Positions 39,877-47,899 of a stretch of DNA of 47,899 nt are shown here, one piece after another. The notes under the pieces are model-generated. The model had not been told where the DNA came from. It was given only the letters and a program-made list of their open reading frames with translations, and did not search any database. Source of the DNA: Fimbriimonadales bacterium (GTDB lineage: Bacteria; Armatimonadota; Fimbriimonadia; Fimbriimonadales; ATM1). A program made the position numbers and the translations under genes. The number at the start of each line of letters is the position of its first letter. Position 1 is the stretch's first letter. The stretch is taken from the NCBI GenBank assembly GCA_041744215.1, contig JBGTLG010000035.1, positions 1 to 47,899 on the forward strand, written 5' to 3'.

Positions 39877-40065
39877 GTTTACGTTTTGTGACAAACGGCG
39901 AACGCTTTGCGATCCGCCGTTTACGTTTTGTGACAAACCGCGAACGCTTTGCGATCCGCCGTTTACGCTTTATGACAGACCGCGAACATTTTGCGATCCG
40001 CCGCAAGCATTTTATGATAGGCCGCGAACGTTTTGCGGCGCACCGTGAACAATTTGCAGATTGAG
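39877..40065. repeat. tandem array of about 9 x 21-bp units with 42-bp higher-order period
   Basis: 42-mer GTTTACGTTTTGTGACAAAC(G/C)GCGAACGCTTTGCGATCCGCC at 39877, 39919, 39961 and 40003 (decaying rightward), plus a half unit at 40045. Confidence 0.95.
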
Positions 40066-40086
40066 GCGCACTCGATCACAAGCTCA

Positions 40087-40130
40087 GCGCGCGGCGACCC
40101 GGAGTCAGATCGCTCCGGATCGCTGCGCGT
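40087..40130. terminator. long GC-rich hairpin between the repeat array and the end of the redoxin-like gene
   Basis: GCGCGCGGCGACCCGGAG-N8-CTCCGGATCGCTGCGCGT; 18-bp stem with one mismatch and two G-T pairs. Confidence 0.55.
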
Positions 40131-40152
40131 GGGCGAAGCCGAGTGTCTCGGA

Positions 40153-41280
40153 CTATCTTCTCTGCTGGGGCGACGCCGAAGCCCCCCCCGGAACCTTCTT
40201 TAACGTGCCGCGGCTCGGTTCCTCGAACTCGCTTTCAAACAAGGAGACCTTCAGTGAAGTGCCCGAGAGTTCAAACGTGTGCGCCACGAGGAGCGCGTCG
40301 CCAGCCAAGCGCTCGAGCCTCAGACGCTTGCCCGCGCTGTAGAGCGACAGCGTCATGGGATACACCGGCTTCCAATCGTCGTCCATCCTAACTGCGCCCC
40401 ATTCTTCGCTCTTGATGTAGTCGTCAGAGGAATAGTAGGATGGGTTACGCTCGCTAAAATCGCAGGCAAGCCCGAGCATCATCCCCGAATCTTCACCTGT
40501 CATGATTGAGATAAGCAGGTGGTCTTTCTCGTTGCATCGTTCGATGGCGATTTCGTTGACGACGGCGTCTTCGAGTTCCAGCTTGCCGGTGTACTTGCCG
40601 AACAGCGCGCTAAGCGTATCCAGCCTCTTGACGGCAACCGAGATGTTCGGCTCGTACAGACCGTTCGCGAAGTCCTTCAAGTAAGGCGTTGCGATGTTCG
40701 AATACTGGTTGGCGTCGCTGGCGCTACCCCCACTCCATCCAATCTGAATCTTTCGCACGATACCTTTGGGGTCAGCGATGACCATCCCCGGGGTGCCGGT
40801 CATCCCCCAGGTGTTTTTCAATTCGCGTCCGCTCATTTGGCAGACGGGCATCGTGAAGCTCGGCATCGGGCCTTCGTACGCTTCCGTCAGCGAGCTGTCG
40901 TCGAAAGGAACATACACGGCAACCACCTGGACGCTCGATTTGGCAAATCGTTGAGCGATCGTCTCAGTTGCTTCCAGCGTGCGCCGGATGTAGGCGGCGT
41001 TCTGGGCGTGGCTCACAAAAACGATCACGACAGACTTCCCTTTGCATGATGCCCTCGTGACTTCGGGCCCGCCAAGGTATGAGTTGAATCTGAAGTCCGA
41101 CGGCAGCTCGTCGCCCCACGCGAGCTCCTCTGCCGCGGCAGTTCGGAGTCGCGCGGACGCAAGAGCCGAGCAGTTCGACGAGGACGCGGCGATGGCGCCG
41201 AGTTCGGGCCCGACTGGCGAAGTGTTGCCGCCAAGCGCGGGCGCGATGGACATTGCGGTTGCGAACATAACATTAAGCAT
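40153..41280 (-). CDS. secreted TlpA/redoxin-fold protein without CxxC, plus an unknown C-terminal domain
   Basis: ATG 41280 after AAGGAG; GDELPSDFRF...KGKSVVIVF...VQVVAV...WGMTGTPGMVIADPKGIVR thioredoxin-like pattern. Confidence 0.7.
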   Translation of the reverse strand: MLNVMFATAMSIAPALGGNTSPVGPELGAIAASSSNCSALASARLRTAAAEELAWGDELPSDFRFNSYLGGPEVTRASCKGKSVVIVFVSHAQNAAYIRRTLEATETIAQRFAKSSVQVVAVYVPFDDSSLTEAYEGPMPSFTMPVCQMSGRELKNTWGMTGTPGMVIADPKGIVRKIQIGWSGGSASDANQYSNIATPYLKDFANGLYEPNISVAVKRLDTLSALFGKYTGKLELEDAVVNEIAIERCNEKDHLLISIMTGEDSGMMLGLACDFSERNPSYYSSDDYIKSEEWGAVRMDDDWKPVYPMTLSLYSAGKRLRLERLAGDALLVAHTFELSGTSLKVSLFESEFEEPSRGTLKKVPGGASASPQQRR

Positions 41281-41643
41281 TAGATCTCCTTGACGTGGGA
41301 AGCCCCCACGCCGCCGCATACACGATCAAACCCGCTCTGCGGCAACTATCCAGCACTGGGCGCTCGCTTCGAGCGACCGCGCGAAAATATACCTCTTCGT
41401 GATGTCCGCCCGATTTGCGACGTGACGCCGCGACCTCTGACACGGGCAAATGGGCTGGCCGATCGACTCTGTTGCTGACCCGGAGACCACCGGCTGAGGT
41501 TAGCGCGAACTGCCAGGAAAAGCTCTGAATTCGGGGGCACGCGCCGAGCACCCCGTAGGGCGCCAATGGACGAACGAAATTCTTTTTGACAATCGTCCAT
41601 TACTGTGATGTATTGTTAGGTGATGAGAATCGGGAGATGGGAT

Positions 41644-42345
41644 ATGAAGACAGTAGTTATCGTAGGCTTGGGAATCGCTGGGTTGGCTTCGACGGCCCAG
41701 GGGCAGTCGTTCAACATTGACCTGGATATCTCGACGGGTTCGCCGGAAGTCGGCCGTGGAGTTCCATCGGACGCCTTCGGGGCCGCCGCCAGTCAGCCCG
41801 GTCGATGGAATCGATACCCCGTAACTGCGACAAATCCCGTGAGTTTGGTTGCTCTGGATGGAAACCCGACAAACGTTCAACTGAGAGCGCTCCGAAAATC
41901 AGGCGCGGGAGGGGGATGGAACAATCCTCTGAACACCGGGGATTTTAGCCTGCTGTTAAATGATGCAGCAACACTACATCTTGAGCCCCATACTTGGATT
42001 TTTTCCGGTCTTGTGCCCGGCATCTATCAGATCCTCACGTATGCAGTTAGCCCGATACCCAGCCATACAACTCCACTTCTAACCGAGGTAAGTATCGCTG
42101 GCCTGTCCCAAATTGTTACTGGGCCTATGCCTGGAAACAGCTTTGGACTGCATGTTACTCACGCGTTGCATGAGGTAGTCGTTTCAGACGGAGAACTCGC
42201 TATAGCAGTACGGGGGCTCGACTCTGAACGACTTTCGAAGCTCAACGGCTTTCAAATAGTAGCCGTTCCAGAACCACTTTCCGCGACGGCTTTCGTCGCG
42301 GGATTTGTCATCCTTGCGATTCGCCGAAAGCGAACCGCTGACTAA
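41644..42345 (+). CDS. PEP-CTERM sorting domain protein
   Basis: Signal peptide MKTVVIVGLGIAGLASTAQG|Q; C-terminal VPEPLSATAFVAGFVILAIRRKR. Confidence 0.88.
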   Translation: MKTVVIVGLGIAGLASTAQGQSFNIDLDISTGSPEVGRGVPSDAFGAAASQPGRWNRYPVTATNPVSLVALDGNPTNVQLRALRKSGAGGGWNNPLNTGDFSLLLNDAATLHLEPHTWIFSGLVPGIYQILTYAVSPIPSHTTPLLTEVSIAGLSQIVTGPMPGNSFGLHVTHALHEVVVSDGELAIAVRGLDSERLSKLNGFQIVAVPEPLSATAFVAGFVILAIRRKRTAD

Positions 42346-42473
42346 CTAGCTCGCGAAAGCAAGCGGCCAGCCGCTTTGCGCCGGGTGCCCTGCTCGCATC
42401 AGCTTAAGGGAAACGTGAAGTCTTTCGACAACCGATCATGGGCTGACCTTCCCTGCCGTTTCCAGACACCTTT

Positions 42474-42502
42474 TTGACTTCCCCCCGCGTATTTGATACA
42501 AT
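42474..42502 (+). promoter_or_regulatory. sigma70-type promoter
   Basis: TTGACT-17 bp-TACAAT with extended TGn, followed by AGGAG and ATG 42521. Confidence 0.75.
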
Positions 42503-42520
42503 AAGCAGCAGGAGACTGAT

Positions 42521-43618
42521 ATGAAGATTCAAGTTTCGCTGGGGATGGCCGCATGCGCGATGATCGCCTCGGCCCAAGCGCCGCTGAAGGTGGATGGACG
42601 CACCGTCACCCTCGGGCCGCCGACCGCCGTTACCGTTGGGCTGAAGGACGTGAACTGGTCGCCCACCGGAAAGGCGCTCCTTTATGACGCTGTCGACGCC
42701 GACGGATATCACCAAGGCTTTTATCGCACAACCGACGAAAAGGCCAAATCCGTCCTTCGCATTCCTGAGGGAACGACGTTCCAACACTGGAAGTGGCTGC
42801 CGAATCGGCTCGCCGTCATCGAAGTTCTTTCTCGCGAACTGCCGGACGAAGATGCCGTAAGGTGGAGCGTTTATCTTCTCGATGCACAGAAGTTCACCGC
42901 GCGCGAGCTTGCGCACTGGGTGTTTCCGAAGAGCGCGAATGTCTCTTCCAAACTCGACGTTTCACCAACGCGCGACCACGCGATTTTCACCCTGAAAGAC
43001 GAAAGCGGAGAGCATCCTTTCGTGCTGCTGGACGGCGCAGAAAGCCTTGTTCCCGCGCACGATATTGCGGCAGCGATCGCCGCCGGATCTTCGTTTGTTG
43101 GCTGGTCGCTCGACGGCACTGCGTATTACGCCGAAGCGGGCGAGTTGCGTATTGCGTCGAGAGGGATCACACTCAGCAGGGGGACCGGGTCAGCCATCGA
43201 ATACCTCTTCGAGGTCGAGTCGGACAGCTCGCATAAGGGCCCAATCATCTTTCTCTCCGCTAACCGGCTGCTCGTTTTGGAGAATATGCGTGCGCCAGAC
43301 GCCGGGTGGCCTGTGCTCGAAGTGATGCCTTGGAACGGGAGGCTTCGCCAGATTAGTTCGCGCGGGCCCAATCTCGACGAGCCTTTCTGGCCGAGAGTCC
43401 ATGCCGAAGGCGCACCGGCGCAGGTTCTCGCCGCCGAGCGGTCGGGCACGTCGGGTTCGCTTTGGATGGTTGAGAACACGCCCGACGGAGAACGGCCGAC
43501 CGGCGCGCTGCTGATCGCCGCCGAAGGGAAGCAGGCTTGGTTCGACCCGCCACAATCGTTTGTCGCGTATGAGACAGACGGCGCACTGTTCGTGCGCAAA
43601 ATCTTGCTGAGTCGCTAG
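42521..43618 (+). CDS. secreted hypothetical protein, TolB-like beta-propeller features
   Basis: Signal peptide; WSPTG, VSPTR and WSLDG blade-like motifs; clear promoter and RBS. Confidence 0.75.
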   Translation: MKIQVSLGMAACAMIASAQAPLKVDGRTVTLGPPTAVTVGLKDVNWSPTGKALLYDAVDADGYHQGFYRTTDEKAKSVLRIPEGTTFQHWKWLPNRLAVIEVLSRELPDEDAVRWSVYLLDAQKFTARELAHWVFPKSANVSSKLDVSPTRDHAIFTLKDESGEHPFVLLDGAESLVPAHDIAAAIAAGSSFVGWSLDGTAYYAEAGELRIASRGITLSRGTGSAIEYLFEVESDSSHKGPIIFLSANRLLVLENMRAPDAGWPVLEVMPWNGRLRQISSRGPNLDEPFWPRVHAEGAPAQVLAAERSGTSGSLWMVENTPDGERPTGALLIAAEGKQAWFDPPQSFVAYETDGALFVRKILLSR

Positions 43619-43649
43619 CTGGAGCGTGCGCTTCCCATCGTGCTGTCGC

Positions 43650-44069
43650 TTATGGGTTGCGCTTTCCGGCTTGGAGCGCTGCGCACACTCTTTCGATCCG
43701 GTCTATGCGCGTCGCTTTGTCTTTCGCTGCGCCGACCCAGTCGGTGAAGTCGCGCTTCTCGTTCGCGCTCAGCGCGCTCCATTGCGCCTTCGCCTTCGGC
43801 GCGCTGCCCAGGGCTTTGTAAATGTCCATCGGCACGACGGCATAGCAGCACGGGCGGCGCTTGCCTTTTGCGAGGTTTTCGCAGCACCGCTCGATTCGGC
43901 GTCGGCGCTTCTCCGGCTTCTTCGCTTCGTCGATCCAGCTAACGAAGTCGCGCCGCGCGATCGGCGTGAGCCCTCTCCACGCGGCTTCGGCCGATGGCTC
44001 CGCCGCGAGCGCTTCGCGAAGGTCCGCCGGCGCTGTTTCTCCTATCTGCTTGCGACTCACGCTCGCCAT
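43650..44069 (-). CDS. YdeI/OmpD-associated family protein with two tandem domains
   Basis: Two copies of P.D...AL......A.W..L......DF..W...AK...R..RIER. Confidence 0.85.
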   Translation of the reverse strand: MASVSRKQIGETAPADLREALAAEPSAEAAWRGLTPIARRDFVSWIDEAKKPEKRRRRIERCCENLAKGKRRPCCYAVVPMDIYKALGSAPKAKAQWSALSANEKRDFTDWVGAAKDKATRIDRIERVCAALQAGKRNP

Positions 44070-44236
44070 TTTGAACAACCGAGCTGCTCTAAGCTACCAC
44101 CGCCAACCCCGAGTGGCATGACCCCGGTCAGGAACGCTAACCCAGAGTCAGCGTCCGCCCAAAATGCCATCGTTGCAACTATGACAGCTTGGCCTGGCTC
44201 AGGACTTGGCCGTAGCGCCGTGAGAACCTCACTTTG

Positions 44237-44280
44237 TTGCAGGGCTGGACAATGTGCTGTACAATGTGCTGAACAGTGTA
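44237..44280 (+). promoter_or_regulatory. sigma70-type promoter overlapped by 12-bp direct repeats
   Basis: TTGCAG (44237-42)-17 bp-TACAAT (44260-65); ACAATGTGCTGW at 44249 and 44261, partial ACAGTGT at 44273. Confidence 0.6.
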
Positions 44281-44305
44281 ACGACGTCCAGATAGGAGAA
44301 TCCGA

Positions 44306-45106
44306 GTGGCCCTACCATTTGCTCACCAGAGTTTCCCCGACATGTACGAACGGCTAATCGTAAGCCCAGTGTTCCTGCCTTGGGCAGGTCCCCTCCTCGA
44401 TGACGTAGCGCTCGCCTCGGGAGATCGTGTTCTTGACGTTGCGTGTGGAACAGGGATAGTCGCGCGCGTCGCGCAGCAGCGTCTCGGCGATACAGGGAGG
44501 ATCGTCGGCGTCGACGTGAGCCCCGCAATGCTTGCTGTGGCGCGTCGCGAGGCGCCGGATATCGAATGGCGCGAAGGCGACGCGGGTGCCCTGCCGCTCG
44601 CGGACAGCGAGCAGTTTGACGTCATCGTTTGTCAGCAAGGATTCCAATTCTTCCCAGACAAATCAGCGGCCGCGCGCGAAATGCGGCGAGCGTTGGCACC
44701 CGCAGGCCGAGTGGCCGTTAGCACCTGGAGGCCTGATACGGAGTTCCCTGTGTTGCTGGAACTGCGCCGTATCGCAGAAAGGCACTTGGGGGCGATCATA
44801 GATCCACGCCACAGTCTTGGTGACGCAGGGGTGCTTGAATCTTTGCTCCAGGCTGCCGGCTTCTCCGACGTGCGATGCAAGACCGTCTCGAAGACCATCC
44901 GTTTCGACGACGGGGCAGCCTTCGTAAGCATGAATGCCATGGCGTTGGTGGGCATGAGCGCCGCTTCGAAAGAAATGGACGATGAGCAGCGCGCGGAAGC
45001 CGTGGAGACGATTACACGGGACAGCGATGAGCTAATGAAGGCAAACACCGACGATAAAGGGTTTGTCTACGAACTCGGCACGAACGTTGCGACAGGCAGG
45101 GGTTGA
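44306..45106 (+). CDS. class I SAM-dependent methyltransferase (UbiE-like)
   Basis: VLDVACGTG, GVDVSPAML, GDAGALP, FDVIVCQ and RALAPAGR motifs; GTG after AGGAG. Confidence 0.92.
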   Translation: MALPFAHQSFPDMYERLIVSPVFLPWAGPLLDDVALASGDRVLDVACGTGIVARVAQQRLGDTGRIVGVDVSPAMLAVARREAPDIEWREGDAGALPLADSEQFDVIVCQQGFQFFPDKSAAAREMRRALAPAGRVAVSTWRPDTEFPVLLELRRIAERHLGAIIDPRHSLGDAGVLESLLQAAGFSDVRCKTVSKTIRFDDGAAFVSMNAMALVGMSAASKEMDDEQRAEAVETITRDSDELMKANTDDKGFVYELGTNVATGRG

Positions 45107-45229
45107 GCAAAGACCGCCAACGTTGGCCAAATGAGCGGGCGACGTCATTTGGGCTTATTGGCTCTCCCGTTGCCCCACCTGCCTGCAATCAGCCGAGCCA
45201 GCTCAACGCGTTCCGGTATTCTCGCCGAT

Positions 45230-45724
45230 ATGGATGTGCGAACTGCGTTAAAGTCTCAATACAAGGGCGGATTAGAAATGCTGCGCCAATGCATCGACCG
45301 CTGCCCAGACAACCTCTGGCAAAGCGGCGCCTACCCGCGAACATTCGATCGCATCGCGACACATGCGGTGTTCTTTACAGATTTATACATGCGCCAAAAC
45401 GTTGATGCGCACGCGAATTGGCAAGACGTTACGCCGGATCGATATGCGGATCTGGACGAAGACGCGCCCGGCGATGCGCACATCGAAAAGCAGCACCTGC
45501 TTGATTACGTGCAATATCTTTACAACGATGTCGACAAAGTCGTCGATGGCCTCGATCTCGATACCGAAGACCCCGGATTTCATTGGTATAAAAACATCAG
45601 CAAGATGGAGCATCAGTTGATGAACCTCCGCCACCTGCAAGGCCATGTTGGACAGCTGTCGGAACTGCTCATGGCGCACGGAATCGATATCGACTGGGTT
45701 GCGAAGCATCCGCGAAACACATAA
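45230..45724 (+). CDS. DinB family protein
   Basis: IDRCPDNLW, ATHAVFF and NLRHLQGHVGQL motifs; start at MDVRTAL. Confidence 0.82.
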   Translation: MDVRTALKSQYKGGLEMLRQCIDRCPDNLWQSGAYPRTFDRIATHAVFFTDLYMRQNVDAHANWQDVTPDRYADLDEDAPGDAHIEKQHLLDYVQYLYNDVDKVVDGLDLDTEDPGFHWYKNISKMEHQLMNLRHLQGHVGQLSELLMAHGIDIDWVAKHPRNT

Positions 45725-45791
45725 TGCTTCCGGCTGCTAACCACGTCTACTATTGAATCAGCCCGCGCACGGCGCGCTACCCGATCAACGA

Positions 45792-46199
45792 CTAAAAGCT
45801 GAATTCGGCGCGTGACGTTTCTTTCACAATCTCTTCCAAAACGCCCAAGTCGAGATCGTCGAGGCGCTTGAATCGTATGCAGCTCTTGCCAATACTCGCT
45901 TTTGGCAATCGAGTCTTGTATGCTTCTGCAATGTAGCCGCCGTTCTTTACGCCGCACGCATAAATCGATATGTAGTTCTTGTTGCTCGCAAGTCCAACTT
46001 TGAACCAATCTCCCTCGCGGCCCGAAGGGTACTTGTAATGATAGGTGCCGTATCCAATCATGCCGCTCCGCATATGCGGGTCGAGCTTTGGCGCCCACTT
46101 CCTAATAAGAGCATCAATGCGCTTGATCTCGGTTTTCCGAGGCTCATCGAGTTCGGAAATGTATTCTGCTGGGGTTTCGGCTTTGCTGCTACCTTTCAT
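45792..46199 (-). CDS. DUF1801 (YdhG-like) domain protein
   Basis: YISELDEPRK, MIGYGTYHYKY.SGREGDW and GKSCIRFKRLDD motifs. Confidence 0.88.
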   Translation of the reverse strand: MKGSSKAETPAEYISELDEPRKTEIKRIDALIRKWAPKLDPHMRSGMIGYGTYHYKYPSGREGDWFKVGLASNKNYISIYACGVKNGGYIAEAYKTRLPKASIGKSCIRFKRLDDLDLGVLEEIVKETSRAEFSF

Positions 46200-46457
46200 G
46201 TTGCTTTTCTCTTGTTGTTTGATATCGGATCGATGGCCTCATTGCTCGGATGCACTGACGCGATCCCCTAAGCGCAATCGGCCAACATCCGCCTTCTCAA
46301 TGTACCTTGCATGGATTTCTCATTTCACGGGGAGGGGACGCGTGGGCGGGTTCGGGTGCTGTGTTGGCGGATCGAGTGTCCTTCAATTCTCCCATCCCCC
46401 ATGGCACCAAGTTTTGTCCCGGCCGTCATCCTCTTTCATTCCGTTCCTCGTCACTGG

Positions 46458-47672
46458 TCAGTCTGTCCACCCGCCGGCTCGGTCCGATGAGAGGATGACA
46501 ACCTGCTTGCTCGTTCCATCGGTGCTGTTGTATGCTAGATTGTCGCCAGAAGGGGAGAACAACATATAGTTTATCCCACGCCGAGAACCCAGCGTACGCA
46601 GGACATCCCCCTCCCCGTTCATGAACTGAATCTGACCGTCTGATGCCACTGCGAAGCCAGGTTGGCCTGGCACGTTCGTGACCGACACGACACCCGCATA
46701 CTCATTGCGAAGCAATTCTTGCTGTCCAGCGCGCGCCCATATAGCCAGTACGGATTTCGGGAACAAGTCCGTACCCCCAAGATAGGCTGCTGCAATCGAG
46801 GCTCGGTCACTTGCTATCACGACTTGATTTTGTTTGAGATCCTCGACACCTGAAGTTGTGAATCTAGCGAGGAATTCACCGGTTCGGCCAGAAATCAGCG
46901 CGTAGGACTTCTCCCCGACGGTAGGTAACAACAGGTCTCCATCATCAGACAGGAGCACAGACGGCCCGCCGATGGCTACTTGGAACTTTTTTACAAGCTT
47001 AAGCTGTAGTTGCATGATTGAAAGCAGGTGCACCGAGGACGGGCCACAGACTATAGCCGACTCGCCGTCTCCAGACAATTGAATCAAGGTACTGCTGTAC
47101 ACGCCATCTACTGAGACCGACGATAAAACTCTTCCGTTGTCAACAGAGACCAATGCTATGACACTCGGATGTTGCGCAATCAGCAAGCTTGAGCCATCAA
47201 CCGCAACAGCATCCATGACGTTGGCGATCCCGTAGTCATCGCTACGGAACACAGTCTCCAAGGAGTTTGTATCCAATAGGAAAGCAACACCGTCACTATC
47301 AACAATTGCCACGCGGCCCGTTCTTGCAGAGAGACTTGCGTTAGAAAAACGTGCGCCGTCACCGATCACGGTTCGCCTAACCGAAGTTTCCCCTACATGA
47401 GCGACTGCAACATCACCGGAAGCCGTCACGATGAGCAGTTCCCGATCATTGATCCACGCCATCTCAATCAGATAGTCTTGGAGCTTCAGGGAAAAGTGAG
47501 TATCACTACATGCTAGCCTACCGCAGCATGTCCAAGTCAGTAAACCGAATGCGATAACAGCTAACGAAGTTGTGATTAGGGTTTTCAATACCTTGGCTCC
47601 CGAAGCTCCGGGCGGCCGGCGTGGCCCGGTAGAGCCTTCGGTCGTCGGTGGCTTGGGTGAATTCGGTGACAT
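46458..47672 (-). CDS. membrane-anchored WD40-like beta-propeller protein
   Basis: N-terminal TM segment; repeated blade motifs (LSGDG, LSDDG, ASDG, FSPSG); GGGAG upstream. Confidence 0.7.
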   Translation of the reverse strand: MSPNSPKPPTTEGSTGPRRPPGASGAKVLKTLITTSLAVIAFGLLTWTCCGRLACSDTHFSLKLQDYLIEMAWINDRELLIVTASGDVAVAHVGETSVRRTVIGDGARFSNASLSARTGRVAIVDSDGVAFLLDTNSLETVFRSDDYGIANVMDAVAVDGSSLLIAQHPSVIALVSVDNGRVLSSVSVDGVYSSTLIQLSGDGESAIVCGPSSVHLLSIMQLQLKLVKKFQVAIGGPSVLLSDDGDLLLPTVGEKSYALISGRTGEFLARFTTSGVEDLKQNQVVIASDRASIAAAYLGGTDLFPKSVLAIWARAGQQELLRNEYAGVVSVTNVPGQPGFAVASDGQIQFMNGEGDVLRTLGSRRGINYMLFSPSGDNLAYNSTDGTSKQVVILSSDRAGGWTD

Positions 47673-47686
47673 TCGACAGCTCCCAT

Positions 47687-47899
47687 TCAGCCTGGAGCTT
47701 GGTTTACCTCAGATTGCTCAATCGGTGTGACGTCGGCTGCAGGGAAGAACTGCCCTGCCGGGGTGGCTGGGGCAAGAAGGCTGTCGCAATGGGTTTGTTT
47801 CTGAGCTGTGGCTGCGGCTCTTGCTTTGAGGGTTGAAATTCGGAGGGATTGGCGGTGTCTCAAGTCGTCGCGTGCGAAGTGTCTTCGCCTTAGATCAGC
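47687..47899 (-). CDS. possible 3' end of a gene truncated by the window edge
   Basis: Minus frame is open for 70 codons to a TGA at 47689-47687, just upstream of the WD40-like gene; no recognisable motif. Confidence 0.3.
   Translation of the reverse strand, partial: ADLRRRHFARDDLRHRQSLRISTLKARAAATAQKQTHCDSLLAPATPAGQFFPAADVTPIEQSEVNQAPG

Noticed and set aside
39877-40002. CsrB/RsmY-like sponge RNA on the minus strand (repeated GCGGATCGC)
   Set aside because: Only three GGA copies, not in a clear ANGGA loop context. FliW is present as a protein antagonist of CsrA.
39877-40065. CRISPR array (units begin GTTT and contain a small palindrome)
   Set aside because: The units are contiguous with no unique spacers, and there are no cas genes in the window.
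14250-43080. GCGATCGC (HIP1-like) octamers at 14250, 15403, 21992, 32147 and 43073
   Set aside because: Few copies, all inside genes, and several explained by Ala-Ile-Ala codons; far sparser than a true HIP1 pattern.

Overview
Bacterial chromosomal segment. Gene content (diderm L/P-ring flagellar genes together with Terrabacteria-type fliW-csrA, PEP-CTERM proteins, many secreted hypotheticals) suggests Armatimonadota or a similar lineage; this is inference only. The core block holds an M48 peptidase, an SRPBCC protein, a TPR-GT2 glycosyltransferase coupled to a short MerR-type gene, xerC, SIMPL, flgF-G-A-H-I-J-N-K-L-fliW-csrA, a DinB protein, a partial nuoA-C-D-E cluster, gyrB without gyrA, hslU (no hslV) coupled to a hydantoinase B gene, a D-aminoacylase, hisS plus an amine oxidase, and an M42/M28/S9 peptidase run. 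Accessory-looking secreted genes flank this block on both sides. The most unusual element is at about 39.0-40.1 kb: a helical + FnIII-like gene ending in -AA, next to a 9 x 21-bp (42-bp dimer) tandem array closed by a long hairpin. What looks like a second, diverged copy of the same gene family is cut off at the left edge (1-99). No rRNA, tRNA, CRISPR array or transposase was recognised. All calls come from reading the sequence by eye; no searches were run.
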